Shown here one piece after another: positions 8,979-17,958 of a stretch of 60,914 nucleotides of DNA. The notes beneath the pieces are model-generated. The model worked only from the letters and a program-made list of their open reading frames with translations, was not told the DNA's origin and did no database searches. The DNA comes from Gammaproteobacteria bacterium. Its GTDB lineage: Bacteria > Pseudomonadota > Gammaproteobacteria > UBA6429 > Thiohalophilaceae. A program made the translations under genes and the position numbers. Positions within the stretch are counted from its first letter, which is position 1, and each line of letters starts with the position of its first letter. The DNA is taken from NCBI GenBank assembly GCA_043719675.1, contig JAYSTO010000016.1, positions 1-60,914 of the forward strand. The letters run 5' to 3'.

Positions 8979-10718
8979 CTATTGCACGACGGTTGTTGTT
9001 TCTTTGCCGACTTGTTTTTTCAGCACCACGTTGTGTAAATGGTCGCGTGTGTTACGTAAACCCTCGGTCCACTGTGCCGCACCCTCGATAACCGTGGGTT
9101 TGAGCAGGATAACTAATTCACTCTTGGTCATCGCCTCTCTGTTATGACGAAACAATGCGCCAATCAGCGGCAGGTCACCCAGAAACGGCACCGAGGCGGT
9201 TTCATTGGATTTTTTGTTTTTCATCAAGCCGCCGATGATCACCACCTGGCCATTTTGCGCACGGATCACGGTATCCGATTCACGTATGGAACTGATCGCC
9301 AGCGGCACGCTGAGCGTGGTGGTTGACGAAACGCTGATAGTCTTAACCTTCTCTGTTACATCTACCACGGTGGGATGGATATGCAAAATAATTTCATTGT
9401 CTTCGCTGATTTGCGGGATGACATCCAATGCGACACCGGAAAAGAAAGGGGTTAATTCGACGTTGTTTTGTGAACTGCTCGTGCCTGTACTGGTATTACT
9501 GCTGGATTCCACGTTCGTGACAAAAAACTCATCGCTGCCGACTTTAATCACCGCCTTTTGATTGTTCATGGTTGAGACTTGCGGGCTGGAAAGTACTTGC
9601 ACATCGCCTTGCGTCTTTAACAGCTCGACAAAGGCGGAAAAGTTTTTATTGATATTTAATGCTGCGGTGAATACCCCGCCAAAGGCAGAGGTAGCGGTCG
9701 AACCAACTTGTGATAAATTGCTGGGATCTAACACGCCGGTGCCACCAACGAGGCTGGTCACACCCGAACCAAACACCGAGCCGCCGCCAACCTGACCGAG
9801 TAGATATTTACTGTTGCCGGTATCTTTTAACGCGCTCCAGTTAATGCCTGCCTGGAATCCATCACTGAGCGTTACTTCCAGTACTTTGGCTTCGAGCAAA
9901 ACCTGTCGTTGCATGACATTTTGCGTACTCTTTAGGTATTCTTCAATCGAACGTAACTCGTCTGGCATGGCGCGCACCACTACAATACCGGATTGCGGAC
10001 TGACCACGACGTTACGCCCCTTATCTTTGCCAATTAACATCGTTAGTGTTGATTGGAGATCCTCCCAGAAATTCGATACGTTATTGGTATTGATGCTGCT
10101 GGCGGCGACGGTATCACGCGGACTGCTGGCACCACTTGAACCTGAGCCTGTGCTACTGCTGCTACCGCCGCGTGCAGTTTGCGTAACCTGACCTGAACTT
10201 ACTGAAATTTTCGAGCTGCCGCTACGCTTGACGTCGATATAATCCACTTTAAAAATCCGCGTGCGCATCACATCGGGATAAACATGGTACGCGGTTTTGG
10301 TTTTTTCAAAATCAAACCCATAGACACTGCGCACGGTTTCCATCACTTCATGTACGGCCACATTTTTTAAATCAAGGGTAATTTTCCCCTTCACCTGTGG
10401 ATGCACCACCATGTTGTACGGCGTACCGTCGACCAGACCCATAAAAAATTGCCGTGCGTCAACTTGGTCAACCTTTAAATCAAAATGCGGTTCGACATTG
10501 ACCTGCGTCGGCAGATTCAAGTTGATCGGTGGCAATAACGCTTCATTGACACTGCTCGGCGGCTTGTTGGTTTGCTGCGCTTGATTACCTTTAATACTGC
10601 TATCCAGCGTTTGTTCAATCAACGCCAGGGTTCGTGTGTCCGGTGGCGCCGGGGTCGAGCACGCTACCAGGACAACGGGTAGCAGTGCGGTGATCCGAAA
10701 TAAATGATGTGTCTGCAT
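8979..10718 (-). CDS. mshL: MSHA-type pilus secretin lipoprotein MshL
   Basis: 579 aa with lipobox LVAC and a Ser/Gly-rich linker. The C-terminal secretin domain reads ...VIKVGSDEFFV... and ...VPFLGDLPLIGALFR. Confidence 0.85.
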   Translation of the reverse strand: MQTHHLFRITALLPVVLVACSTPAPPDTRTLALIEQTLDSSIKGNQAQQTNKPPSSVNEALLPPINLNLPTQVNVEPHFDLKVDQVDARQFFMGLVDGTPYNMVVHPQVKGKITLDLKNVAVHEVMETVRSVYGFDFEKTKTAYHVYPDVMRTRIFKVDYIDVKRSGSSKISVSSGQVTQTARGGSSSSTGSGSSGASSPRDTVAASSINTNNVSNFWEDLQSTLTMLIGKDKGRNVVVSPQSGIVVVRAMPDELRSIEEYLKSTQNVMQRQVLLEAKVLEVTLSDGFQAGINWSALKDTGNSKYLLGQVGGGSVFGSGVTSLVGGTGVLDPSNLSQVGSTATSAFGGVFTAALNINKNFSAFVELLKTQGDVQVLSSPQVSTMNNQKAVIKVGSDEFFVTNVESSSNTSTGTSSSQNNVELTPFFSGVALDVIPQISEDNEIILHIHPTVVDVTEKVKTISVSSTTTLSVPLAISSIRESDTVIRAQNGQVVIIGGLMKNKKSNETASVPFLGDLPLIGALFRHNREAMTKSELVILLKPTVIEGAAQWTEGLRNTRDHLHNVVLKKQVGKETTTVVQ

Positions 10719-11122
10719 TATGGTTGTGTTCCCTTTGCCACCTGTTTAATGTCTCTGGGCGACAGTTCCAGTACCAGTTCTTTGTCACCCTTGCGCAAAC
10801 GCACATAGTCCGGTTCAATTGCAGTGACTTGCGCGCCTGCGACCTGTGTACCAACGGCAACCATGGTGCCATTAATGTTGGCCAACCGCCGATCTGTGGC
10901 GATCAACGTTGAGGTTAATACCCATTGTGGAGCAGTTTTTGTGCCAGTGCGTTTATTTGCCGAGTATCCCTGGCCCGGCGGCGCGGTGGGGTCATGTAAT
11001 ACCTCGGCATGCGCGGTGATCTGACAGAAAGTCGTCAACAACAATACTAAATTACATTTTTTGTTGACGGTTTGCCTGATGACTGACGCCATCCCGTTGT
11101 TTATTCGCCGTTGCCTAAACAC
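10718..11122 (-). CDS. mshK: MshK-like small pilus biogenesis protein
   Basis: 134 aa with a signal/anchor segment. The call rests mainly on its position between mshJ and mshL and on start/stop overlaps with both neighbours. Confidence 0.55.
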   Translation of the reverse strand: MFRQRRINNGMASVIRQTVNKKCNLVLLLTTFCQITAHAEVLHDPTAPPGQGYSANKRTGTKTAPQWVLTSTLIATDRRLANINGTMVAVGTQVAGAQVTAIEPDYVRLRKGDKELVLELSPRDIKQVAKGTQP

Positions 11123-11789
11123 CGATCCATCCTTCGCGTAAGCTTAATGTGTGTACCGTAATCACCACCCGTGCATTTGGATACTTGTCTACTTCCAAAC
11201 GCACGGCGTCCCAGTAAAAATCCCACGGCAAGGCTTGCAGAGCATTGAGGTACGCCAGTGTTGCCAGATAACTGCCGGTAAATTCGATCTCCAGGCTATG
11301 CCGGTAAACCTCAACGGTGGCGGCCGATTTCTCCTCGCCCTCTTCTGCCTCCTCATTGTCAGCTAATAGGGGTTTCACGCCCATGCTCTGCACACGCTGC
11401 AATTGCAGTTGCGCGTTTTGCAGCAACATGGCTTCTAACACACTGGCCATTTGTTGCGGGGCGATCAGTGTGTGCAGTTTTTCCTTGAGTTGCGCATCGA
11501 GTTTGGCGAGTTCCTCTTGTGTACGCTGCAGGCGTTGTTTCTCAGCCTGATTGGGGTCTTGATTGCGTTGCTGTAATAATGTTGCTTGTTGTTGGCGCAA
11601 GGTTGCCACTGTTGTCTGCAAAGTCATAATCTCCGTATTATTGACTGCGGATTTCTGTGCAATTGAATTAAATGCGAGATTAAACCAAACGACTCCCAGC
11701 ACCACGCTAATTCCGCTGACCACGATCACACGTTCGCGTGGTTTGAGCGATTGATAACGTTGCCGTAATTTTTGCAGTTTTTTCCGCAC
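11115..11789 (-). CDS. mshJ: MshJ (PilO-like) pilus assembly protein
   Basis: 224 aa with one N-terminal TM helix, then a Gln-rich coiled coil and a PilO-like C-terminal domain. Supported by operon position. Confidence 0.65.
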   Translation of the reverse strand: MRKKLQKLRQRYQSLKPRERVIVVSGISVVLGVVWFNLAFNSIAQKSAVNNTEIMTLQTTVATLRQQQATLLQQRNQDPNQAEKQRLQRTQEELAKLDAQLKEKLHTLIAPQQMASVLEAMLLQNAQLQLQRVQSMGVKPLLADNEEAEEGEEKSAATVEVYRHSLEIEFTGSYLATLAYLNALQALPWDFYWDAVRLEVDKYPNARVVITVHTLSLREGWIGV

Positions 11790-12391
11790 TATTTGCCTTT
11801 TCCCTCGCCACTCGATCGCAGATCAAAATTCACCTGGCTGTGATCCTTATCGCGTTGCATGATAAAGGTTTTAAATTCAACGCCGTGAAAAACTGGCTCT
11901 TTGGACAGCCGTTGCAAATAACGCGGCAATAATTCCGGCTGCATGGTTGTACCGCGAATATTCAGTTTTTCACCGCCCTCATGAATGTATAGTTCGGTGA
12001 GCCACAAACCCTCAATACGCTGACGGGCCAAGCCGGAAAACTGTGTGGCAAAACCATCTACATTACCAAAACGTTTACCGGACAACAGTTGGAACACCTG
12101 TTGTTTGTTCTGTAGTTCTCGGTCAAGCTCAGTGAGTTGCGCAGCAATTTTTCCATTATCATTTCTTGCAACGATCTCTTGATTGAGCGTTTGTACCGTG
12201 GCGATGATCGCTTGTTGTTCTATACGCAACTCGGCAAGCGTGTTATTGCTGCGATAACCCAACCAGACTTGTATGGCATTGGCCACCCCCAGCAGAACAA
12301 GCACGCCGATCAATAGCTTGCCGACTTGCCGAATCGACAATATTTCTTGTGGTTGCCGCAAGCTGGCTTGATATAAATTAATTTGTTGCAT
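11789..12391 (-). CDS. MshI2 / PilN-like fimbrial assembly protein
   Basis: The ORF 11789-12445 was trimmed to the ATG at 12391 (MQQINLYQASL...). It has one TM helix then a coiled coil, which is PilN-type architecture. Confidence 0.65.
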   Translation of the reverse strand: MQQINLYQASLRQPQEILSIRQVGKLLIGVLVLLGVANAIQVWLGYRSNNTLAELRIEQQAIIATVQTLNQEIVARNDNGKIAAQLTELDRELQNKQQVFQLLSGKRFGNVDGFATQFSGLARQRIEGLWLTELYIHEGGEKLNIRGTTMQPELLPRYLQRLSKEPVFHGVEFKTFIMQRDKDHSQVNFDLRSSGEGKGK

Positions 12392-12413
12392 TGTCACTCC
12401 CGTGACCAAAACG

Positions 12414-13397
12414 TTATGCGGCGATGGGCCAGCGCAGTGCAGCACCGATAGCTGGTAGACACAATGCTTGCAATTGCCGTTCCATCATTACCTGGGGTTC
12501 CAGTAATGGATTGAGATCTAATTCCCTGACCTGGATACCCAGATTACTGGCGATGTAACCCACCATGCCGGGAATGGTCTGCGGTAGAGGGGCGATAACC
12601 AGGCTTTGAATCGGTGGCTGCGCAAAATGACTCTCGTAATAATCCAATGAACGCTGTACTTCGAGAATAATGGTGTCAAATACGCGCTGGTTTGCTGGCG
12701 CATCACCATCCAACGCTAAACCCGGCGCCTGCGTTTGATCTTTTGTCTGTAATTCAAAATGCCCCCAACCCACATCCAGGTCACGAGCTAAATACAGCAC
12801 CCCGTTGCGGCACACGGTAATGAGCCCCTGTGTTTTACCTAAGGCCAACAAGGCAACACCTGACTTATCTTCTGGCAGCAGTTGCGCAACATTGCGTTGC
12901 ACCATCGGAGGAATATCAATGGTATTTAAATGCAGCTGACTTTGTTCAATCGTGGTGACATACGCGCGTAATACATCGGTCGCGGCACACACCGCATAGG
13001 CCATGGGTTGGCGGCCTCGTTCTTTTTGCCCAGGTATAACGAAGGAGTCCACTACGGCATCGGTCAAATCATATTGAATAACATCCTTGATCTTCCAACG
13101 CATTGCCGCTGCCAGCTCCTCGGGTTTGACCTCGGGCGCTTCCGTCAGGATAAAACTAAACATATGCGGGCCAAGCACAAAATTGGTGTGCAGGCCTTTT
13201 AGGTTGAACTCCTTCACCCAATTCGTCACCACCTGCTGTATTGCATCAATAGAACCACACTGCGCATAGGCGTAATGAGTGAGGTGAAATTCCTGGTCGT
13301 TGTCACGCGTCACCGCCGCCAGGGCAACACCATCATCGGCAAGGCATACCCCAACAACCCTGTTTACCGCTTGAGGTTTTTTAAAGAACTTGAACAT
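12414..13397 (-). CDS. mshI: MshI / PilM-like (actin-fold) pilus assembly protein
   Basis: The ORF 12414-13451 was trimmed to the ATG at 13397 (MFKFFKKPQ...). It is ~327 aa with no TM helix and is the first gene of the block. Confidence 0.65.
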   Translation of the reverse strand: MFKFFKKPQAVNRVVGVCLADDGVALAAVTRDNDQEFHLTHYAYAQCGSIDAIQQVVTNWVKEFNLKGLHTNFVLGPHMFSFILTEAPEVKPEELAAAMRWKIKDVIQYDLTDAVVDSFVIPGQKERGRQPMAYAVCAATDVLRAYVTTIEQSQLHLNTIDIPPMVQRNVAQLLPEDKSGVALLALGKTQGLITVCRNGVLYLARDLDVGWGHFELQTKDQTQAPGLALDGDAPANQRVFDTIILEVQRSLDYYESHFAQPPIQSLVIAPLPQTIPGMVGYIASNLGIQVRELDLNPLLEPQVMMERQLQALCLPAIGAALRWPIAA

Positions 13398-13661
13398 GTC
13401 ATACCCCACTGAATATTGGCACACGCGCCAGTCATCTACAGATGAGAGCAAGTTTCAGACCAGATTCCTGCACAGGAGGTGGATAATAGCTATCCTGGGG
13501 ATGGCTTATGCCACAATTACAGTTTATCGTTCCCTATTTAGTCTATTAATCAAATAGTTATGGTATTGGTTGCCCAGGTTTCTCAGCGACGACAGTAAGC
13601 CGTTGCTCTGTGGTTGTGCCGTCTCGGTCGGCCTGGCCCGCCACTGGTTCTGGGTATCGGA

Positions 13662-13690
13662 TTGCACAGTGTGTATTTATGGTGTATATA
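13662..13690 (+). promoter_or_regulatory. sigma70-type promoter: TTGCAC - 17 nt - TATATA
   Basis: The -35 TTGCAC is at 13662-13667 and the -10 TATATA at 13685-13690 (TATAAT is also readable two nt further). It sits ~30 nt upstream of the AGGAG Shine-Dalgarno (SD) sequence of the RHH gene. A near-palindrome GTAT-ATA-ATAC overlaps the -10. Confidence 0.5.
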
Positions 13691-13721
13691 ATACATACTA
13701 TTCACACATCAGGAGATTGCT

Positions 13722-13931
13722 ATGTCCGTTCGCTTCAACGTTGTGTTGTCCGATGACCTCAATAAAGAGATTGATCGGGCTGTTGTAGAGAGTGAAACCA
13801 ATAAAAGTGAGATCCTACGCAAGGCCCTGACCTTGTACCTGGCGGCGCGTGACGGCAAGCGGCGTGGACTCAAGCTGGGCCTTGTCGAACCAAGTACGCA
13901 GAAACTCGAAACTGAAATCGTTGGCCTGTGA
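13722..13931 (+). CDS. ribbon-helix-helix (CopG/Arc/MetJ-type) DNA-binding protein
   Basis: 69 aa. MSVRFNVVLSDDLNKEIDRAVVESETNKSEILRKALTLYL follows the beta-strand/helix/helix RHH pattern. An SD sequence AGGAG precedes the ATG. Confidence 0.75.
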   Translation: MSVRFNVVLSDDLNKEIDRAVVESETNKSEILRKALTLYLAARDGKRRGLKLGLVEPSTQKLETEIVGL

Positions 13932-14194
13932 GCAACATCGACCTTAACAACCCGCCACCGAACCACAAATTCAGTGTTTCGGTTGAGCGTGAGGAAACCG
14001 ATGGCGAGCGGCGCGTGCGGCTGTTCAAGGACATCGCCTTATTTGTCGCTGCCCTTGCCTTTGTGATGTTAATTGCATGGCTGTGTTACAGTACCCTGAC
14101 ATCAGCGACCGCCGGACCCGAAGAAAAGAAGTGGGCCATGTCCATCCTCTCCGCTGCTGCAGGTGGAATTATCGGTTATCTGATCCGTAAATAA
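13928..14194 (+). CDS. small two-TM membrane protein, no family recognised
   Basis: 88 aa. The GTG start overlaps the RHH stop (GTGA). It has an acidic/basic N-terminal segment and two hydrophobic helices (IALFVAALAFVMLIAWLCY and WAMSILSAAAGGIIGYLI). Confidence 0.55.
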   Translation: MSNIDLNNPPPNHKFSVSVEREETDGERRVRLFKDIALFVAALAFVMLIAWLCYSTLTSATAGPEEKKWAMSILSAAAGGIIGYLIRK

Positions 14195-14244
14195 ATTTCC
14201 CCCTGATATAGCCCTATCGGGCCTGGGGCTGACCCGCAAAAAAC

Positions 14245-14925
14245 CTAGCTCAAACGAATGTCACTAAACTGAGTTACCTGCGTATGTTGCGCTTGCGGAT
14301 CGGGGCTGGTATCGCGCACCAACCAACAGGTGTGCAGACCGGCTTGTTTGGCGGCATCTAATTCGGCTTTGATGTCTGACAAAAATAAAATTTCATCGCC
14401 AGGCAAACCCATGGCCTTGGCGATCTGAGTATAGGAATTGCTGTCGATCTTGGCACCGATGTTCGTATCAAAATAATGGCTGAATAACGAGGTGAGATCA
14501 CCGGCCTCGGTGTGGGCAAACAACAGTTTTTGCGCATACACCGAACCGGAGGAATACACCGCGAGTTGAATGCCCTGCGTATGCCAGGCGCGTAACTGTT
14601 CCAGCGCATCGGCATAGATATGGCCATGAAAAGCCCCGTCACGGTAACCTTGTTCCCAGATTAAACCTTGCAGCGCCTTGAGCGGCGTGATTTTTTTATC
14701 CTGATCGATCCAGCTGATCAGTTGCGCGATCACTCCGTTCACAGAGAGCTTGGCATCACCGGCTTCACGGCGGACATCATTGATCAATTGTGCGACCACA
14801 GCTTGTTGCTGGTGTGTCCGCACAAAGTTATCAATGTGGTGACAGGCGTAAGGAAACAATACCTCTTTCACAAACGCTAATGATGAGGTTGTGCCCTCAA
14901 TGTCGGTGATAATCGCGCGGATCAT
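14245..14925 (-). CDS. mtnC: enolase-phosphatase E1 (methionine salvage)
   Basis: 226 aa. The HAD-type N-terminus IITDIEGTTSSLAFVKEVLFPYA is characteristic of MtnC. Its start overlaps the mtnD stop. Confidence 0.88.
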   Translation of the reverse strand: MIRAIITDIEGTTSSLAFVKEVLFPYACHHIDNFVRTHQQQAVVAQLINDVRREAGDAKLSVNGVIAQLISWIDQDKKITPLKALQGLIWEQGYRDGAFHGHIYADALEQLRAWHTQGIQLAVYSSGSVYAQKLLFAHTEAGDLTSLFSHYFDTNIGAKIDSNSYTQIAKAMGLPGDEILFLSDIKAELDAAKQAGLHTCWLVRDTSPDPQAQHTQVTQFSDIRLS

Positions 14926-15482
14926 GCCACGGCAGCAAGGTGTTGATCGAAGCTGGGAAATTGTTTGGCGATGTCATTGCCGGTGAAATTACCGACCCAG
15001 CCCTCGGGCGTGGTGAAAAAACGAATGCATTTGAAATATGGCCTCTCACCCATGTCGAACCAATGTGTGGTATTGGCGGGCACACTGATCAGATCACCTT
15101 TTTCACACACCACCATGTACACCTTGTCGTTGATGTGCAAATAAAACAAACCGCTGCCATCGACAAAGAAGCGTACTTCAAAATCCGCATGGGTGTGTTC
15201 GGCGAGAAACTTCTGGCGGAATTCCTCTTTCTTGGGATTATCCGGCAGCAGGCTCACCACATCCACGGATTTAAAACCGTATTGTTTGTTTAATTTGTCG
15301 ATCGAACTTTGGTACGCCGCCAACACCGCGGCCTGATCCGCCTCTTTCGCCAGTGGTTGTTGCGCCTGCCACTGTTCAAATTGCACACCCACGGCCTTGA
15401 GTTGCCTGGCAATGCTGGCAAAATCCCGGAAGGTCTCGACCTTGCCGCTGCGGTCATCTTTATATATGGTTAACATGCTCAT
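14922..15482 (-). CDS. mtnD: acireductone dioxygenase (ARD)
   Basis: 186 aa with a cupin core EHTHADFEVRFFVDGSGLFYLH... Confidence 0.88.
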   Translation of the reverse strand: MSMLTIYKDDRSGKVETFRDFASIARQLKAVGVQFEQWQAQQPLAKEADQAAVLAAYQSSIDKLNKQYGFKSVDVVSLLPDNPKKEEFRQKFLAEHTHADFEVRFFVDGSGLFYLHINDKVYMVVCEKGDLISVPANTTHWFDMGERPYFKCIRFFTTPEGWVGNFTGNDIAKQFPSFDQHLAAVA

Positions 15483-16087
15483 CGTCCTATCTCCTTTAGT
15501 CGTAACTCACAGTTGAACAAATAATCCAGGGCCTCCACCTGTCGCAGCGCATCCGTTACCGTTGCGCCCCAGGTATAAAAACCATGCCCGCGAATAATAT
15601 ACCCAAAGTTGTTGTCATTCGCATCCATATAGGTATTCACTTGCGCAGCCAGTCGCGGGATATCCTGACTGTTGTCGAAGATCGGCACCTCCATGCTCGT
15701 AGCATGGGTGGTGACCCCGGGAAAGGCCTTGAGCAACTCGTAATTTTCCAATCGCACAAAATCTGTCTGCAACCGCGACAGCAACACCGCGCTCATCGCG
15801 TGTGGATGTAATACCGCACCCACATCGGCAAAACGTTGATAAATCTGCGTATGCAAACCGGTCTCCGCTGAAGGTCGACGCTGATCCACCGCTTTACCGT
15901 TTATATCAACCCGCATGATGTCATCCAGCATCAGCTGACCCTTGTGTCGGCCCGACACTGTGATCGCAATCGTGCCATCGGCCAGCCGCGCTGAAAAATT
16001 ACCGGAGGTCGCCGGGACCAGGCCCATGTTGTACATCGTCTTGCCCGCGGTGATTAGCTCACCGGCGCGTTGTTGGAAGTCGTTCAT
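15479..16087 (-). CDS. mtnB: methylthioribulose-1-phosphate dehydratase (class II aldolase fold)
   Basis: 202 aa with the motifs PATSGNFSAR and LHPH. It is the first gene of the mtnB-D-C operon and has 4-nt overlaps with its neighbour. Confidence 0.85.
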   Translation of the reverse strand: MNDFQQRAGELITAGKTMYNMGLVPATSGNFSARLADGTIAITVSGRHKGQLMLDDIMRVDINGKAVDQRRPSAETGLHTQIYQRFADVGAVLHPHAMSAVLLSRLQTDFVRLENYELLKAFPGVTTHATSMEVPIFDNSQDIPRLAAQVNTYMDANDNNFGYIIRGHGFYTWGATVTDALRQVEALDYLFNCELRLKEIGR

Positions 16088-16311
16088 TTGTTTTGCTGCC
16101 TAATGAAGTTATTAATTTATTATCATCGACCAAAAGGACGACTGCACGCAAGAGCTGTTGCCGAGAAATCGTTCTTTTTGACAACACAATGTTATCACCG
16201 GTCACCATACACTTGCTAACAAGCGGCTTCCGGCGCCTGCCACGAATTTTATACTAAAATTCAGACTAACAGTGGGTTGCGTATATTTGGGCTCCTTGTT
16301 TGTTTTATGGT

Positions 16312-16332
16312 GATGATGATAACATCATCATC
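16312..16332. promoter_or_regulatory. perfect 9-bp hairpin/palindrome GATGATGAT-aac-ATCATCATC
   Basis: Read directly from the sequence. It lies 33 nt upstream of the rhodanese ATG and inside a 17-codon upstream ORF (16307-16360). Confidence 0.4.
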
Positions 16333-16364
16333 CGGTAACAACCTGGCAGGAACCTTCTGAAAAT

Positions 16365-16877
16365 ATGCCCTCGCAACCAATAATAATGTTCCAATTTTTA
16401 ACTATTGTTATCGGAATGACGTGTTCAACGTATTCACTAAGCCAGGAGTTACCTAAGATGAAAAAAAACGAACCGCCTGATATTTTGACAGGCCAAGAGA
16501 TCGCCGATCTCTATAACAAATTTGATTTTAAAGGCCGCGGTCTTTCTACAACAGCATTTATTGAAGCAGCACAGAAGCCAAACACCATTATTTTCGATTT
16601 ACGTGATAGTGACGATTACAAACGGGGACATATCAAAGGTGCCGTGCATTTGGGTGCCGATGTGACGATAGAAAAACTGAATCAGTTGGCCCCCGATTAC
16701 AATTCGACGATTCTTGTTTATTGTACTAATTCGTTGGAGGCGACACGAATGATGTCGTTAACCCATACAATTGCTCCACAGATTTATGGGCTCGGCTATA
16801 AAAATATTTACTTTTTAGATGCGGCTTGGCGCGATAAAAATGTGGTAATCCCGTGGGAGGGGAAAATAAAGAAATGA
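16365..16877 (+). CDS. periplasmic single-domain rhodanese-like protein
   Basis: 170 aa with an N-terminal signal-like segment. The rhodanese fold segments are IIFDLRDSDDYKRGHIKGAVHLG and ILVYCTNS (candidate active-site Cys). The gene is visibly AT-richer than its neighbours. Confidence 0.7.
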   Translation: MPSQPIIMFQFLTIVIGMTCSTYSLSQELPKMKKNEPPDILTGQEIADLYNKFDFKGRGLSTTAFIEAAQKPNTIIFDLRDSDDYKRGHIKGAVHLGADVTIEKLNQLAPDYNSTILVYCTNSLEATRMMSLTHTIAPQIYGLGYKNIYFLDAAWRDKNVVIPWEGKIKK

Positions 16878-17428
16878 TGGCTCCGTTAAACAAGACGCTT
16901 GGCCTATTGACCGCGCTGCTGGTTTTCACCTTACCTGCCTCAGCGGAGCGGCTCGTAATCGACAACGCATGGTTCCGCGTACGGATCAGCACACCCGCAC
17001 CCAGTTCATTGGCAGCTTTTTATGAAGGCCGGGGTTTTCCCAAGTCCATGATCGAAGCGCTAAGCAAGGAATGTTTTATCAATGTCGGTTTACGCAACAA
17101 AAGCAATTCCATTGTCTGGTATGACTTGAGCCGGTGGCAATTTACCACCAAGGAGGGGCCTGTAACGCCCTATCCGCGCCGCTATTGGCAGAGACAATGG
17201 CAACAACTACAGATTGATGCCCGTCATCAAGCGACATTTCGCTGGACGTTATTGCCTGAGCAGCTGGATTTTCAGCCGAGCGAGGCTGAGGCGGGCAACG
17301 TGGTGTTGCCACGCACGACTTTACCGATCACGATCCGCGGCAAGATCGCCGTAGGCGAGAATAAAGACAAGAATATCGACATACTATTTGAGGAGGTGAC
17401 ATGCGCTGTCGATTCCACCGAACCGTAA
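16874..17428 (+). CDS. secreted hypothetical protein (no family recognised)
   Basis: The ORF 16853-17428 was trimmed to the ATG at 16874, which overlaps the rhodanese stop (ATGA) and follows GGGAGGGG. The signal peptide is ...LLVFTLPASA/ERL. Confidence 0.6.
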   Translation: MMAPLNKTLGLLTALLVFTLPASAERLVIDNAWFRVRISTPAPSSLAAFYEGRGFPKSMIEALSKECFINVGLRNKSNSIVWYDLSRWQFTTKEGPVTPYPRRYWQRQWQQLQIDARHQATFRWTLLPEQLDFQPSEAEAGNVVLPRTTLPITIRGKIAVGENKDKNIDILFEEVTCAVDSTEP

Positions 17429-17958
17429 TGGGTTTACTCTTGTTGCTGTCCCTGCCTTTGTCCTTGTTGGCCAAAGACACGATTATCTTGCCTCAAGGCA
17501 TTATTAAAGTCACACCACCTCGACCCGCGCCCGCGCTACATTTGAAAGATGATACCGGTCAGGCCTTTGACTTGACTACGCAACGTGGTAAATGGGTGTT
17601 TGTGCATTTCTGGGCGAGCTGGTGTGGACCCTGCGCACACGAGATGCCGCTGATTCAAGCCCTCAGCAACCAACTCAAACATCCTGATTTTCACATTGTG
17701 TTAATTAATACAGCGGAAACCGAAGATACCATCTTCAGTTTCCTAAGCGCCACCGCCCCGCGATTACATACATTGCTGGATGAAAATGGTCAAGTCAGTG
17801 AGTCCTGGGCACCACGCGGCTTGCCATCGACCTACTTTGTTGATCCGCAGGGTGTGATTCGTTACCTGGCCTTGGGCGGTCGCCCCTGGGACACAGCGGA
17901 GTATCAAAACTTTATCAAGTCCCTACTTAAACAGTCTCCACCAAAAATTAAGCGCTGA
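17401..17958 (+). CDS. TlpA/ResA-like periplasmic thiol:disulfide oxidoreductase
   Basis: 185 aa with a signal peptide and the thioredoxin motif WASWCGPC. A strong SD sequence GAGGAGG precedes the ATG at 17401. An alternative ATG at 17428 overlaps the upstream stop (TAATG). Confidence 0.85.
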   Translation: MRCRFHRTVMGLLLLLSLPLSLLAKDTIILPQGIIKVTPPRPAPALHLKDDTGQAFDLTTQRGKWVFVHFWASWCGPCAHEMPLIQALSNQLKHPDFHIVLINTAETEDTIFSFLSATAPRLHTLLDENGQVSESWAPRGLPSTYFVDPQGVIRYLALGGRPWDTAEYQNFIKSLLKQSPPKIKR

